Below are positions 20,211-28,886 of a stretch of 64,000 nucleotides of DNA, piece after piece; the stretch's first letter is position 1; the number at the start of each line of letters is the position of its first letter. The notes under the pieces are model-generated. The model ran no database searches, was not told the origin of the DNA, and saw only the letters and a program-made list of their open reading frames with translations. This DNA is from an uncultured virus (IMG/VR IMGVR_UViG_3300011472_000011) (Duplodnaviria; Heunggongvirae; Uroviricota; Caudoviricetes): the IMG/VR virus record IMGVR_UViG_3300011472_000011, positions 1 to 64,000 of that record; one strand, given 5' to 3'. The translations under genes and the position numbers were made by a program.

Positions 20211-21563
20211 CTATTGATATTCATCTTCTAATATTTGATTTGGTGCTTGTCCAAAGGTTACTGTAGGTCTATCGTACAATAAATTGATTCCTTTCCCTTC
20301 TTCCTGCATAGAAGCACCATTTCTATTGTAATCAACAAACATATAATCTAATCCACCTGCTATACCACCATCTCTGGCAATTTGTTCTTTTGTCTTAGGA
20401 AGAAGATAAGCTATTGTTGAAGCATAACGATTTAATTTGTCACTGTCCGCTAATCTCGTTTCATGAGGTGACATCTGACCAAAAGTCAAAATTGGTATAT
20501 CAAGCTCTCCTGCTAAGTCTTTTAGGAATATTGTCCAGTTGCCAAGCTCATTATGTTCTTTAATACTGTTATCGCCTACCTCTTTTACTTTTATGTAATC
20601 ATAAATAAGCATCTGTATTCCAAACTTGGCTTTAAGTAAAAGTGATAAGTCTCTAATCTTTGCTTTTGTCCAATCATATTCATATCTATGAATTATTGGT
20701 GCTTCCTTAATTCTTGTTTTAGCTTTTTCAACTTTCTCTATTTTTATTGGATCATTTAAATATGTTCCTTTTTCTATTTCTTTTATTGCTATCCCTGAAT
20801 CAATTGCAACCATTCTTGTTATAAAGGTTTCCGTTTTCATTTCTCCGTCAAAGTAGGCTATGGGTATTCCTTTTTTAACCGAAAGATAATGTATTTCATT
20901 CGCAGCAAATGCACTCTTTCCGTATTTTGCCCTTGCTCCAATTATGACAAGTTCGCTTTTTCTGTGAGTAAAAAATTCATTAACCATAGGAATTTTAGAC
21001 GGTAAACCTACTATTCCATCTTCACTCCTATTATTCTCAATATTTTCCCATGTTTCGTCAAAAATATCTTTTATTAAGCTAACATCAGAGCCTATAGAAA
21101 ATTTAGTCTGCAATTCAAATTGTTTTGTTTGCAGCCATTCGTTTATGTCTTCCGTAGTCCATTGCTCATTAGTTTTAATTAATTCTAAAAATTCTTCTTT
21201 TTGTTTAATTTGTTCTCTCTTATAAGCACATTCAATTACAATAATTGCATGTGTTTTTAAGTCAGCTCTAGTATAATCCTCGCCAAGATATTTAATATTT
21301 TCAAGATATTCATATCCTCCAGAGCCTTCAATAATATCAACCGCTTCTTTAAATTTTTCAGCTCTTGATAATATTACTAAGCTATCTATTGTAGGAGCAT
21401 TTTCTTGTATCAATTTATTAATAAGAAAATATATCCATTTATGAACTTTATCAAAGAAATATTCTGCTCTTAGTCCTACATTATCAATTATCCAATTAGG
21501 ATTATTTAGTAATATTCCTATAATAATTCTTTCTGATGTTTTATTCTTTATTGCTATTTCCAA
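20211..21563 (-). CDS. dnaB: replicative DNA helicase, DnaB-like
   Basis: GARAKYGKS Walker A, IYDYIK, LKDLA.EL.IPI...Q. Confidence 0.85.
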   Translation of the reverse strand: MEIAIKNKTSERIIIGILLNNPNWIIDNVGLRAEYFFDKVHKWIYFLINKLIQENAPTIDSLVILSRAEKFKEAVDIIEGSGGYEYLENIKYLGEDYTRADLKTHAIIVIECAYKREQIKQKEEFLELIKTNEQWTTEDINEWLQTKQFELQTKFSIGSDVSLIKDIFDETWENIENNRSEDGIVGLPSKIPMVNEFFTHRKSELVIIGARAKYGKSAFAANEIHYLSVKKGIPIAYFDGEMKTETFITRMVAIDSGIAIKEIEKGTYLNDPIKIEKVEKAKTRIKEAPIIHRYEYDWTKAKIRDLSLLLKAKFGIQMLIYDYIKVKEVGDNSIKEHNELGNWTIFLKDLAGELDIPILTFGQMSPHETRLADSDKLNRYASTIAYLLPKTKEQIARDGGIAGGLDYMFVDYNRNGASMQEEGKGINLLYDRPTVTFGQAPNQILEDEYQ

Positions 21564-21580
21564 AGAATATCACTCCTTTT

Positions 21581-22039
21581 TTACCGTTGTTTATCTAACA
21601 TTTCTTTAATAGATAGACTTGAATTATTATTGATTATTTTATTAAACTTCTTCTCTTTCTCCATCTCAGCAACTTCTTTTTCAATCACATATAGCATAAT
21701 TCCATAACCTTTAAATTCCTTACCTTTATCAAAGTAGTGTTTAAAGGCTTCTAACTGAACATCATAGCTATATCCTTGCTGTGCTAATTTAGCTATTTGT
21801 ATACATATAAGCCTAGTCTGTTCTTCTGTTAATTTATCAATCTCAGGATTTTGTTCTTTCATTTTAAACAATACTGCATTAAGTATTGCTTCTTTACCCT
21901 GTTTTAACTCAATCTTCTTTGTATCTTGACGCTGTTTTTTTACACATTTCGTATGAAAAGCTGTTCCGTTAACAATAGTACAACTGGGCTTACCCGTTAA
22001 AACACCTTTTTTACATAATGGGCAAATTTCTCTTGCCAT
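21581..22039 (-). CDS. zinc-finger replication-module protein
   Basis: CPLC...HTKC N-terminus; lies directly upstream of the helicase. Confidence 0.55.
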   Translation of the reverse strand: MAREICPLCKKGVLTGKPSCTIVNGTAFHTKCVKKQRQDTKKIELKQGKEAILNAVLFKMKEQNPEIDKLTEEQTRLICIQIAKLAQQGYSYDVQLEAFKHYFDKGKEFKGYGIMLYVIEKEVAEMEKEKKFNKIINNNSSLSIKEMLDKQR

Positions 22040-22054
22040 TTAATCACCTCATAG

Positions 22055-22402
22055 TTATCTTACTCCTAATACTCTCATAAGCCTTCCTTCTGCAATTAGC
22101 ATTTCTAATTTATTTAGCTTACCAATCTTAAAATCTAATCTTTTTTTTGATATAGTTTTTATTTGCTCTAGTTGAACAAATGATGGTTTGCTCAATTTTA
22201 CAGGCATATGACAGTAGTTTTCATTTTTTATCTGTGAAGTTATAGTTGCAACAATGATTGTAGCAAGCCTCTTATTTAAGTCATTGTTTTGTAGTATCAA
22301 AACAGGTCTACTACCCTTTTGTTCACTACCAACTGTTTCATCTTCAAAATTTGCATACCATATTTCACATCGTTCAACATCTAAATTTTTCTTCTCTGTC
22401 AT
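22055..22402 (-). CDS. mazF: PemK/MazF family endoribonuclease, no adjacent antitoxin
   Basis: GSEQ.G.RPVLILQN, ITS, LEQI.TISK.RL. Confidence 0.85.
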   Translation of the reverse strand: MTEKKNLDVERCEIWYANFEDETVGSEQKGSRPVLILQNNDLNKRLATIIVATITSQIKNENYCHMPVKLSKPSFVQLEQIKTISKKRLDFKIGKLNKLEMLIAEGRLMRVLGVR

Positions 22403-22459
22403 AGCATTTCACCTTTGAACTTGGTATAGATGATATAAAACCATCTATACCAATTAATA

Positions 22460-23620
22460 TTATTGCAAACTCTTTGCGTAAACTAATAATTCCTTTGCTT
22501 TTTCTATATCTTCAATTTGTCCGAATTTAGAACATCCAACATGTTCTTTTAATGTACTTACTATCTTTTGAGCTGTTATTTGTTTATCCTTTAATAATTG
22601 AGTAAAGATTTCCTGTATCTCATTAACCACTACTTCTAAGTCATTGTTATTTGACTCTTCAGGAGCAGGATCTTCATGGAATTCAGACCTTTCTTGCTCT
22701 GGAATTTTCTCTGCCTCATTATTTTTCTTTTTATCTTTTTCTTCTTTAGACTTATCTTTTGTAGTAGTGTTTTTAGTTGACTTAACCTTTTCTTTGTTAG
22801 ATACACCTGTAAATTTACTTGCAAAAGGCAACTTGCCAACATTATCAACTACAATATTGAATTCTTTAAAGATTGCTTCATCAAATGCCTTTCTGATGTT
22901 ATAAGCTGCCTCTTCAGGGCTATCTCCGTACTCTATAAATTCAGGGAAGAAAAGCAATCTTGCTTTTGCTTCAAAATCTCCATCACTTCTAAAGTAGATT
23001 CTTCTTACTATTTTTTCATTTCCATCTTCATCTTTTATTTTTTCAAACACGCAATATCCAACAAAATCTACTCTTCCAACAATAGTGTCCATAGCAGAAT
23101 TCGCAATAGATGGCATGATTTTGTCATACTTTTCCCCACGCTTAGGTTTTATTTCTTTGTCTTTTATATGAGAAACATATACCGGAGACAAGCCTAAATC
23201 TTCAAGGTTTTTCATTTTAAGTTCAAATTCTCCACGAACTGCATTCCAACCTTTACCCCATTCACCTTCTGAGGGATCTGTCCATCCATTATCTAAACAC
23301 ACCTTGTCCTTACAGCAATCAAATGCTACATCCGCTGTATCCATTATTGGAGTCTTAAATGGCATTTGTTTACCTGCCTTAGCTCCTGCCTGCAACACTT
23401 TAATATCAGTTCCAAATGTTCTCCAATCAGGTGCTCTCCATTTCTTAGCTCTTAATGCATTTTGTCCTTTTTCCCACTGAAAAAATGTAGGATCGTCGAA
23501 TAAAACAGCACACAAACTACTTTTACCAAAGCCATAATGTCCATAAAATGACCATGTATAATCATTAATATTAACTTTAGGTTCCTCTATCTCTATATCA
23601 AAAATACTTTTTTCTGCCAT
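22460..23620 (-). CDS. AAA_24/Sak4-like ATPase
   Basis: YGHYGFGKS, IMDTAD, G.GW, SH...K; Lys/Glu-rich tail. Confidence 0.75.
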   Translation of the reverse strand: MAEKSIFDIEIEEPKVNINDYTWSFYGHYGFGKSSLCAVLFDDPTFFQWEKGQNALRAKKWRAPDWRTFGTDIKVLQAGAKAGKQMPFKTPIMDTADVAFDCCKDKVCLDNGWTDPSEGEWGKGWNAVRGEFELKMKNLEDLGLSPVYVSHIKDKEIKPKRGEKYDKIMPSIANSAMDTIVGRVDFVGYCVFEKIKDEDGNEKIVRRIYFRSDGDFEAKARLLFFPEFIEYGDSPEEAAYNIRKAFDEAIFKEFNIVVDNVGKLPFASKFTGVSNKEKVKSTKNTTTKDKSKEEKDKKKNNEAEKIPEQERSEFHEDPAPEESNNNDLEVVVNEIQEIFTQLLKDKQITAQKIVSTLKEHVGCSKFGQIEDIEKAKELLVYAKSLQ

Positions 23621-23669
23621 ATAATTAACTCCTTCATTTAATTTTAAATAAGATTGTATTGTGTGCTAT

Positions 23670-24347
23670 TTAAAAAGGTGACTCTTCCAAATCATCATCA
23701 TTAGTTAAATCATCAGCCAGCACTACACTGTCAATTTTCTCAACTTTAAACATTTGAGATCTTCCAACTATATCTCCATAATCATCATATTCAATCTCAT
23801 TAAGAATCTGACCTTTAAATTTAGCATTACAGCCTTTCTCAATTCCGCTCTCAAATACTAAATCTTCTGTAGCCTGAATATTAAATATAGAAGGTTCCTT
23901 TTCAACTAAATTACCTTCTTTATCAGTATAATTTTCATCATGACTGATTTTAATTAATGCTCCATCAGGTATTTGTCTTATTTGTTCAACAATTCCCTGA
24001 AGAATGAATGTTACATTATAACGGTCATCTTTAACATAAGCTTCAACCTTATTAGCTGAAATACTTCTGTCAATACCTTTTTGTCCTGTTCTAGTCTCGA
24101 ATTCATTCTCAACAACTTTTCCTACAGCTTCAACTATAGAGCCAATAGGAAATAATTCTTTGATATTCTTATCTTTATTTGGTTCACTCTCAGTTGGGAA
24201 TAATGTTATTTTAGCCTTATTTCCCTGCAACGTGTCCACTTCCATTGATAAGAAATGCCCTTTCTTTTTACCTTCATACTCAACAATCTCTACTCTTGTT
24301 ACTTTACCTCTTGCCGTACCTTTGTTAAAAAACTTTGCTTTTGCCAT
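23670..24347 (-). CDS. single-stranded DNA-binding protein-like (two OB folds, acidic tail)
   Basis: Ends DDDLEESPF; AGGAGG RBS before ATG at 24347; first gene of replication operon. Confidence 0.65.
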   Translation of the reverse strand: MAKAKFFNKGTARGKVTRVEIVEYEGKKKGHFLSMEVDTLQGNKAKITLFPTESEPNKDKNIKELFPIGSIVEAVGKVVENEFETRTGQKGIDRSISANKVEAYVKDDRYNVTFILQGIVEQIRQIPDGALIKISHDENYTDKEGNLVEKEPSIFNIQATEDLVFESGIEKGCNAKFKGQILNEIEYDDYGDIVGRSQMFKVEKIDSVVLADDLTNDDDLEESPF

Positions 24348-24422
24348 TATTTGTCCTCCTATTATTTTATAATTAAGCAAGCTTGTTTTATGTATAAAAA
24401 CTAAAAACGCTACTGCCATATA

Positions 24423-24451
24423 ATTTTATCATGTCATGCGTCTTTTGTCAA
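24423..24451 (-). promoter_or_regulatory. sigma-A promoter of replication operon; repeated element downstream at 24373-24386
   Basis: TTGACA-17 bp-TAAAAT with TG extension. Confidence 0.75.
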
Positions 24452-24479
24452 TACCTTAAAAAAATATTTTTTATTATTT

Positions 24480-24683
24480 TTAGCAATAACAATAAAATTT
24501 ATCACTGTAAAAACTAACTAAACTTATTAAACGAATATCATTAACTCCATTTTCATTAATTAAATTTTCAATTATACCTATCCCCGTTTTGGGGTTTATA
24601 ATTCCAGATATTATTTCATCTTCTATGTATTGCAGCATACCTTCCAAAACGTTTTCTTCCATTATTATTGTGTTTTTTTGCAT
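24480..24683 (-). CDS. small acidic hypothetical protein
   Basis: 67 aa, AAGGAG RBS. Confidence 0.55.
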   Translation of the reverse strand: MQKNTIIMEENVLEGMLQYIEDEIISGIINPKTGIGIIENLINENGVNDIRLISLVSFYSDKFYCYC

Positions 24684-24745
24684 GATAATACTCCTTTTCT
24701 AAAATATGTAGTTGATTTTTATAAAAGAGTATGTTAATATTAGTT

Positions 24746-24833
24746 TATAGAATGTATGTTTGTTAGCATACTCTTTTTAAATAGGAAACTGGTTGCTCCC
24801 GCTCAAAGTTGCTACCATGTTTCTTATTTTTTT
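24746..24833 (+). ncRNA. putative cis-antisense sRNA (about 90 nt)
   Basis: Plus-strand promoter TTGATT-17-TAATAT (24712-24740) and terminator stem AATAGGAAAC.../GTTTCTTATT-T run; antisense to the leader of 24480..24683. Confidence 0.5.
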
Positions 24834-24843
24834 AAGCTTTGTT

Positions 24844-25260
24844 TTATGAGTAAGGACTTATTGGTTGTAAGTTTAAACCTACAGCTCCTAAAGCAACTTC
24901 TACATCTTCTTTATTTTGCCATTGAGGTTCAACGGATATAATATCTGAATATCCTACATTTAACTCATCAGGATATATTCTATTTACTCCGTATGTTAAA
25001 AAGTCATACCAATATTTTACCATATATTTATTAATATCTTCTTCATTCATATCCTTAAAAGCTGCTATTGAACTAGAAATAGACAAATAAATATTTCTAT
25101 AATTGTATCCATAAGGAAAGCTCGTCCTTCTTGTATAGTGAGTAATCCAACTCTGTATTATAATAATACTCTTTCTTCCAAGAATAGGATCAAACCCAAC
25201 ATTACTTAACATGCAAGCAGAATTTTTAAATGCTCTAGTCCGACAATCTGTATTATCCAT
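24844..25260 (-). CDS. hypothetical protein
   Basis: 138-aa ORF with RBS and own promoter. Confidence 0.6.
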   Translation of the reverse strand: MDNTDCRTRAFKNSACMLSNVGFDPILGRKSIIIIQSWITHYTRRTSFPYGYNYRNIYLSISSSIAAFKDMNEEDINKYMVKYWYDFLTYGVNRIYPDELNVGYSDIISVEPQWQNKEDVEVALGAVGLNLQPISPYS

Positions 25261-25295
25261 TTTACCACTTCCTTTTGTTCAAATAGTTTAAATAT

Positions 25296-25324
25296 ATTGT
25301 AACATCTTGAAAGAAGCTTGTCAA
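25296..25324 (-). promoter_or_regulatory. sigma-A promoter
   Basis: TTGACA-17 bp-TACAAT with TG extension. Confidence 0.7.
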
Positions 25325-25484
25325 CCCCGAACTTTTATAAATTCCGTTAATTTCACTTATATTCTTTAATTAACAGTTACTTATTTATTTCACTTCAATT
25401 AGTTTAATTCATTTCATTTCTTTTCATTTATTTTCATTTATTTTAATAGTTTAACATTTAAAAACACTATTCAATACAAACCTT

Positions 25485-25498
25485 CGAACAATAGTTCG
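25485..25498. promoter_or_regulatory. LexA (SOS/Cheo) box
   Basis: CGAACAATAGTTCG = CGAAC-N4-GTTCG, just downstream of a promoter. Confidence 0.7.
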
Positions 25499-25513
25499 AT
25501 TCTTATATGGTCA

Positions 25514-25542
25514 ATTTTAACATATGATTTTGATAAAGTCAA
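25514..25542 (-). promoter_or_regulatory. sigma-A promoter, probably LexA-repressed
   Basis: TTGACT-17 bp-TAAAAT with TG extension. Confidence 0.65.
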
Positions 25543-25600
25543 TAATAACTAATTGGGATTTTTTATAATATATTGAATCCAATTTATTATTCAAATTTCA

Positions 25601-26719
25601 TCATATTTTAAACTTTTCAGGATATAAAAATTGAGCAATTTTAATATATCTCCTAGTTACTGTAATATTAGTATCACCCATAATTGCCATAACTTTAGCT
25701 TCTGGTATTCCATCTGCTAATAATTTAACTCTTCTGCTGTCTCTTATAGTTTCTGTTGTTATTTTCTTTTCTTTTTCATTAACAGCCTTGTTTAACTCAT
25801 TCTCATTGTTAAATTCCTTCGCGAGCTCGTTTAAATAATACTCTTTTACAGCTTTACTAAGTATTGTATTTATAGTTGCAGGATTAATCCTTTCATCATT
25901 CACATGCCTGTAAGTCTGAAATAGATATTCAGATCTCTGTATTGGATCATACGGCTCTCCAGTTCTATCAGACCTCCTTTTCCTAGTTTCATTTGTTTCA
26001 TTTATTAAATCTGTTTTCTCTGTTAAAAATTCATTTATTAATACAATTAAATCAGGAGTTAATTCTGCTATTCTATCTATTTCACCATCATTATTATAAA
26101 TCTTTAAATACGTTTTTTCGAAATCTATTGCTTTTTCTTTTAAATTTCTTAATTCAATTCTCTTTAAACCAAACCTATATAGTAAAGTAATTAAAAGCTC
26201 ATCTTGTTTTCTGCTTGTTGAATTAATTATGCCGATAATTTCTTCTTCTCTTAAGGCTACTTCTTCTATATTTTTACTTTCCATAGGTATCTTCAAAGAT
26301 TCAATATTTGGAAAATAATCATAATATTTAGCATTAACATAATTAAATAATTGTTGTAATGCTGTTTTATATATTCTTTTAGTTGATTGAGTAACACTAT
26401 CAGATAAGTCTTTAATCCAATTCTCAACATCTTGATATGTTATTTGTTTTGCATTATTTTCCTTATATAAATCAAAGACATCATTAATGTTATCCTTCTT
26501 ATATACAAAGTTAAAAAACGAATGAATCGCATACTTATATGTATTTTTTGTTCCATAGCTGAAACCTTCGATTTCTTTCATGTAATCATCATATAAATAT
26601 GGTATTAAAATATCAACATTATCTGTATTTTCCAATACCTTTTCTTTAAATTCATTTTCATCTAACAAACCTAAATCAATTAATTTTTTTACAGTATCAG
26701 CATCAAATTTATTACTCAC
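25601..26719 (-). CDS. tyrosine-recombinase-fold protein with degenerate active site (candidate repressor)
   Basis: Integrase architecture, but FGLKRIEL (R to K), TETIRDS (HxxR lost its H), MGDTN (H to D); Tyr retained in TRRY. Confidence 0.75.
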   Translation of the reverse strand: MSNKFDADTVKKLIDLGLLDENEFKEKVLENTDNVDILIPYLYDDYMKEIEGFSYGTKNTYKYAIHSFFNFVYKKDNINDVFDLYKENNAKQITYQDVENWIKDLSDSVTQSTKRIYKTALQQLFNYVNAKYYDYFPNIESLKIPMESKNIEEVALREEEIIGIINSTSRKQDELLITLLYRFGLKRIELRNLKEKAIDFEKTYLKIYNNDGEIDRIAELTPDLIVLINEFLTEKTDLINETNETRKRRSDRTGEPYDPIQRSEYLFQTYRHVNDERINPATINTILSKAVKEYYLNELAKEFNNENELNKAVNEKEKKITTETIRDSRRVKLLADGIPEAKVMAIMGDTNITVTRRYIKIAQFLYPEKFKI

Positions 26720-26733
26720 CTTTTCACCCTTTC

Positions 26734-27064
26734 TTATTTTATTAATCCCTTTTTCTTTGCTTTTTCTAATTTAATATTTGCATTAAAAAGTTCATTTTCT
26801 ATTTTTCTTTTGTTATTTTCTTTTTCTAAACTCCATTTCCATTCAAGAATACTACATATTAATTTAGCCATCTTTCCAATTAGCGATTTATTTTTTAATT
26901 CTACAAAAACTGGTCTATCATTTATTATTATCTTGTTAAGTTGATTTTCTGCTTTTCTTTTTTGCTCCTCTGCCTTAGCTACTTGCAATTCAGCAGCAAC
27001 TAAATTCCTTATTTGTTTTTCTGATAAAACATATACCTTTTCATTTTTATCATTGATATTTCAT
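26734..27064 (-). CDS. small coiled-coil protein; the RBS-linked ATG at 27064 is out of frame by one base
   Basis: GAGGAGG-ATG AAA TAT CAA TGA; removing one A gives MNINDKNEKVYVLSEKQIRNL... continuous with ORF 26734..26988. Confidence 0.5.
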
Positions 27065-27096
27065 AAACCTCCTCTTCATTAATAATTTATAAGACC

Positions 27097-27126
27097 ATTT
27101 TAATATTAAATAATATCGTTTGTCAA
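27097..27126 (-). promoter_or_regulatory. sigma-A promoter for the repressor-like operon
   Basis: TTGACA-18 bp-TAAAAT. Confidence 0.55.
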
Positions 27127-27155
27127 CACATTATTTGTACTAGTTTTTTATTAAA

Positions 27156-28349
27156 CTAGTATTTAATTAACCCTTTTGCCATTTTCTCTAATACACCAAT
27201 AAACCAATTAGGGTCTTGGTTGATATTGCCTTCAACAAAATCTTTTAGTTCCTCCGAAGCATCTTCTGGAATAACTATGTTCACTCTAACTTTTCGCTCC
27301 TGCTCTACTACATTAAATAGCTCCTTTATTTCTGTTTTATTTAATGGCTGCACATTTGTTTTATTATCTTTATTTTTATCATTAAAAGCTTTTTTAACAA
27401 CTTTAGCAGCTTTAGATTTTAATAATTCTGCCGGTTCAGATGACTTTTCAATAATATCTAATAAGTTTCTTTGTGTTTTTTCATCTACAAGACCAAGTTC
27501 AAAACCTGTATTTGGTGCTATTTCTTCATTATCAAGTTTTTCTTTAAACTCAGGGATAAGATTATTTAATCTAAGATATCTACTTACAGTCACACCAGAA
27601 ACTTTAAATTCTTCTCCAACCTTTTCTAAATAGTTGAATTTTTCACCGCTTTCAGACTTTTGCCCTTGTCTTTTTCCAATTTGCCTTGCTTTTATTTCAT
27701 ATGCCTTAGCTATTTCCAATGGTTTTAAATCATCTCTTTGAGCAACATTTGTATCAGAAATTATTTCTTCTGCATCATCATCATTGACGTTCTTAATTAT
27801 AGAAGGCACTTTAAGTAATCCTAAATCTTTACAAGCATCAACCCTATTTCTTCCTGCTAGTATATCAAACCTTCCGTTATTAGGTCTTACAAGTATAGGA
27901 TTTAAGACTCCTAAATCTGCAATGCTTGATTTTAATTCGTTGAACTTAGAATCACTTAGTTTTGAAAAGAAATTCAATGGTGAATTGTCTAATAAGTCAA
28001 TATCAAGTTCTTTTACCTGTCCTGATTTCATAGCTACATCAATATCACTAACCAATTCCACGTCACTATTAACTTCAGTGTCATCATTTGGAAGCATATC
28101 ATCTAAGCTGCATAACTCCATCTTATCTTCTGTACAGTTTAATCCAGGTGTATCTTCTGTATTATTTATTTCCAGATTGTCCTCAATTATACCAAGCTCA
28201 ATATCTGCCACTGGATTATTAGTGTAATAATCTACCAAAGCATTCACTATCTCTTGTTTCTTTAATCCTGAAAAATCAACACCTACTTTTACAGCCTCAT
28301 CTCTTAATTCAAATAAATTCATTTTTTGTATTTGTTCTATTTTACTCAT
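27156..28349 (-). CDS. parB: ParB/Spo0J-like protein with N-terminal Rho-N-like helical domain
   Basis: L..SI...GVLNPILVRP, ILAGRNR..A, N..QRDDL.P.E.A, HTH VSRYLRL. Confidence 0.85.
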   Translation of the reverse strand: MSKIEQIQKMNLFELRDEAVKVGVDFSGLKKQEIVNALVDYYTNNPVADIELGIIEDNLEINNTEDTPGLNCTEDKMELCSLDDMLPNDDTEVNSDVELVSDIDVAMKSGQVKELDIDLLDNSPLNFFSKLSDSKFNELKSSIADLGVLNPILVRPNNGRFDILAGRNRVDACKDLGLLKVPSIIKNVNDDDAEEIISDTNVAQRDDLKPLEIAKAYEIKARQIGKRQGQKSESGEKFNYLEKVGEEFKVSGVTVSRYLRLNNLIPEFKEKLDNEEIAPNTGFELGLVDEKTQRNLLDIIEKSSEPAELLKSKAAKVVKKAFNDKNKDNKTNVQPLNKTEIKELFNVVEQERKVRVNIVIPEDASEELKDFVEGNINQDPNWFIGVLEKMAKGLIKY

Positions 28350-28374
28350 ATTTTCTCTCCTCTTATTTTTTAAT

Positions 28375-28671
28375 TTAATTTTTTATTAAGCTAAATATAT
28401 CTTCCCATGTTTCATATTTATCTAAATCTTCTTGTAATACTAACAGTGCATATTTACCTTCTATTTCTTCTGATGTACCATAACTATTAAAACTTGGGCA
28501 TGAACCATATCCACCCATCATAGGTTGTATATGTGAATACACAATTACCATTTTCTCATGGTTTTCCATATGAGTAGCAAAACTGTCTATCTGTATAATA
28601 CTATCAGATGCTTTACTTTTATAAATATCACCTATTTTCATTTCGTGAACCTTCCTTTTACTTTTCATCAC
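28375..28671 (-). CDS. hypothetical protein
   Basis: ORF in operon. Confidence 0.55.
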   Translation of the reverse strand: MMKSKRKVHEMKIGDIYKSKASDSIIQIDSFATHMENHEKMVIVYSHIQPMMGGYGSCPSFNSYGTSEEIEGKYALLVLQEDLDKYETWEDIFSLIKN

Positions 28672-28700
28672 TTAAAATCAATATAATATAATTAACCTTA

Positions 28701-28886
28701 TTAATATTTATTAACTCCAATATTAATATACATGCTATTCCTATATCCTTGTTCTAGCTTTACAAATTTTCCTATTCCAATCTCATGCGGTTCTGCATCA
28801 TCGTATTCATAATCGTATATATATGGAATTACCTCCGTTTCATCATTAATATCTTTAAATAAATCCTTCCATTCTTTAGCTTTCAT
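28701..28886 (-). CDS. hypothetical protein
   Basis: ATG at 28886 overlaps the integrase stop; GAGGAG RBS. Confidence 0.55.
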   Translation of the reverse strand: MKAKEWKDLFKDINDETEVIPYIYDYEYDDAEPHEIGIGKFVKLEQGYRNSMYINIGVNKY

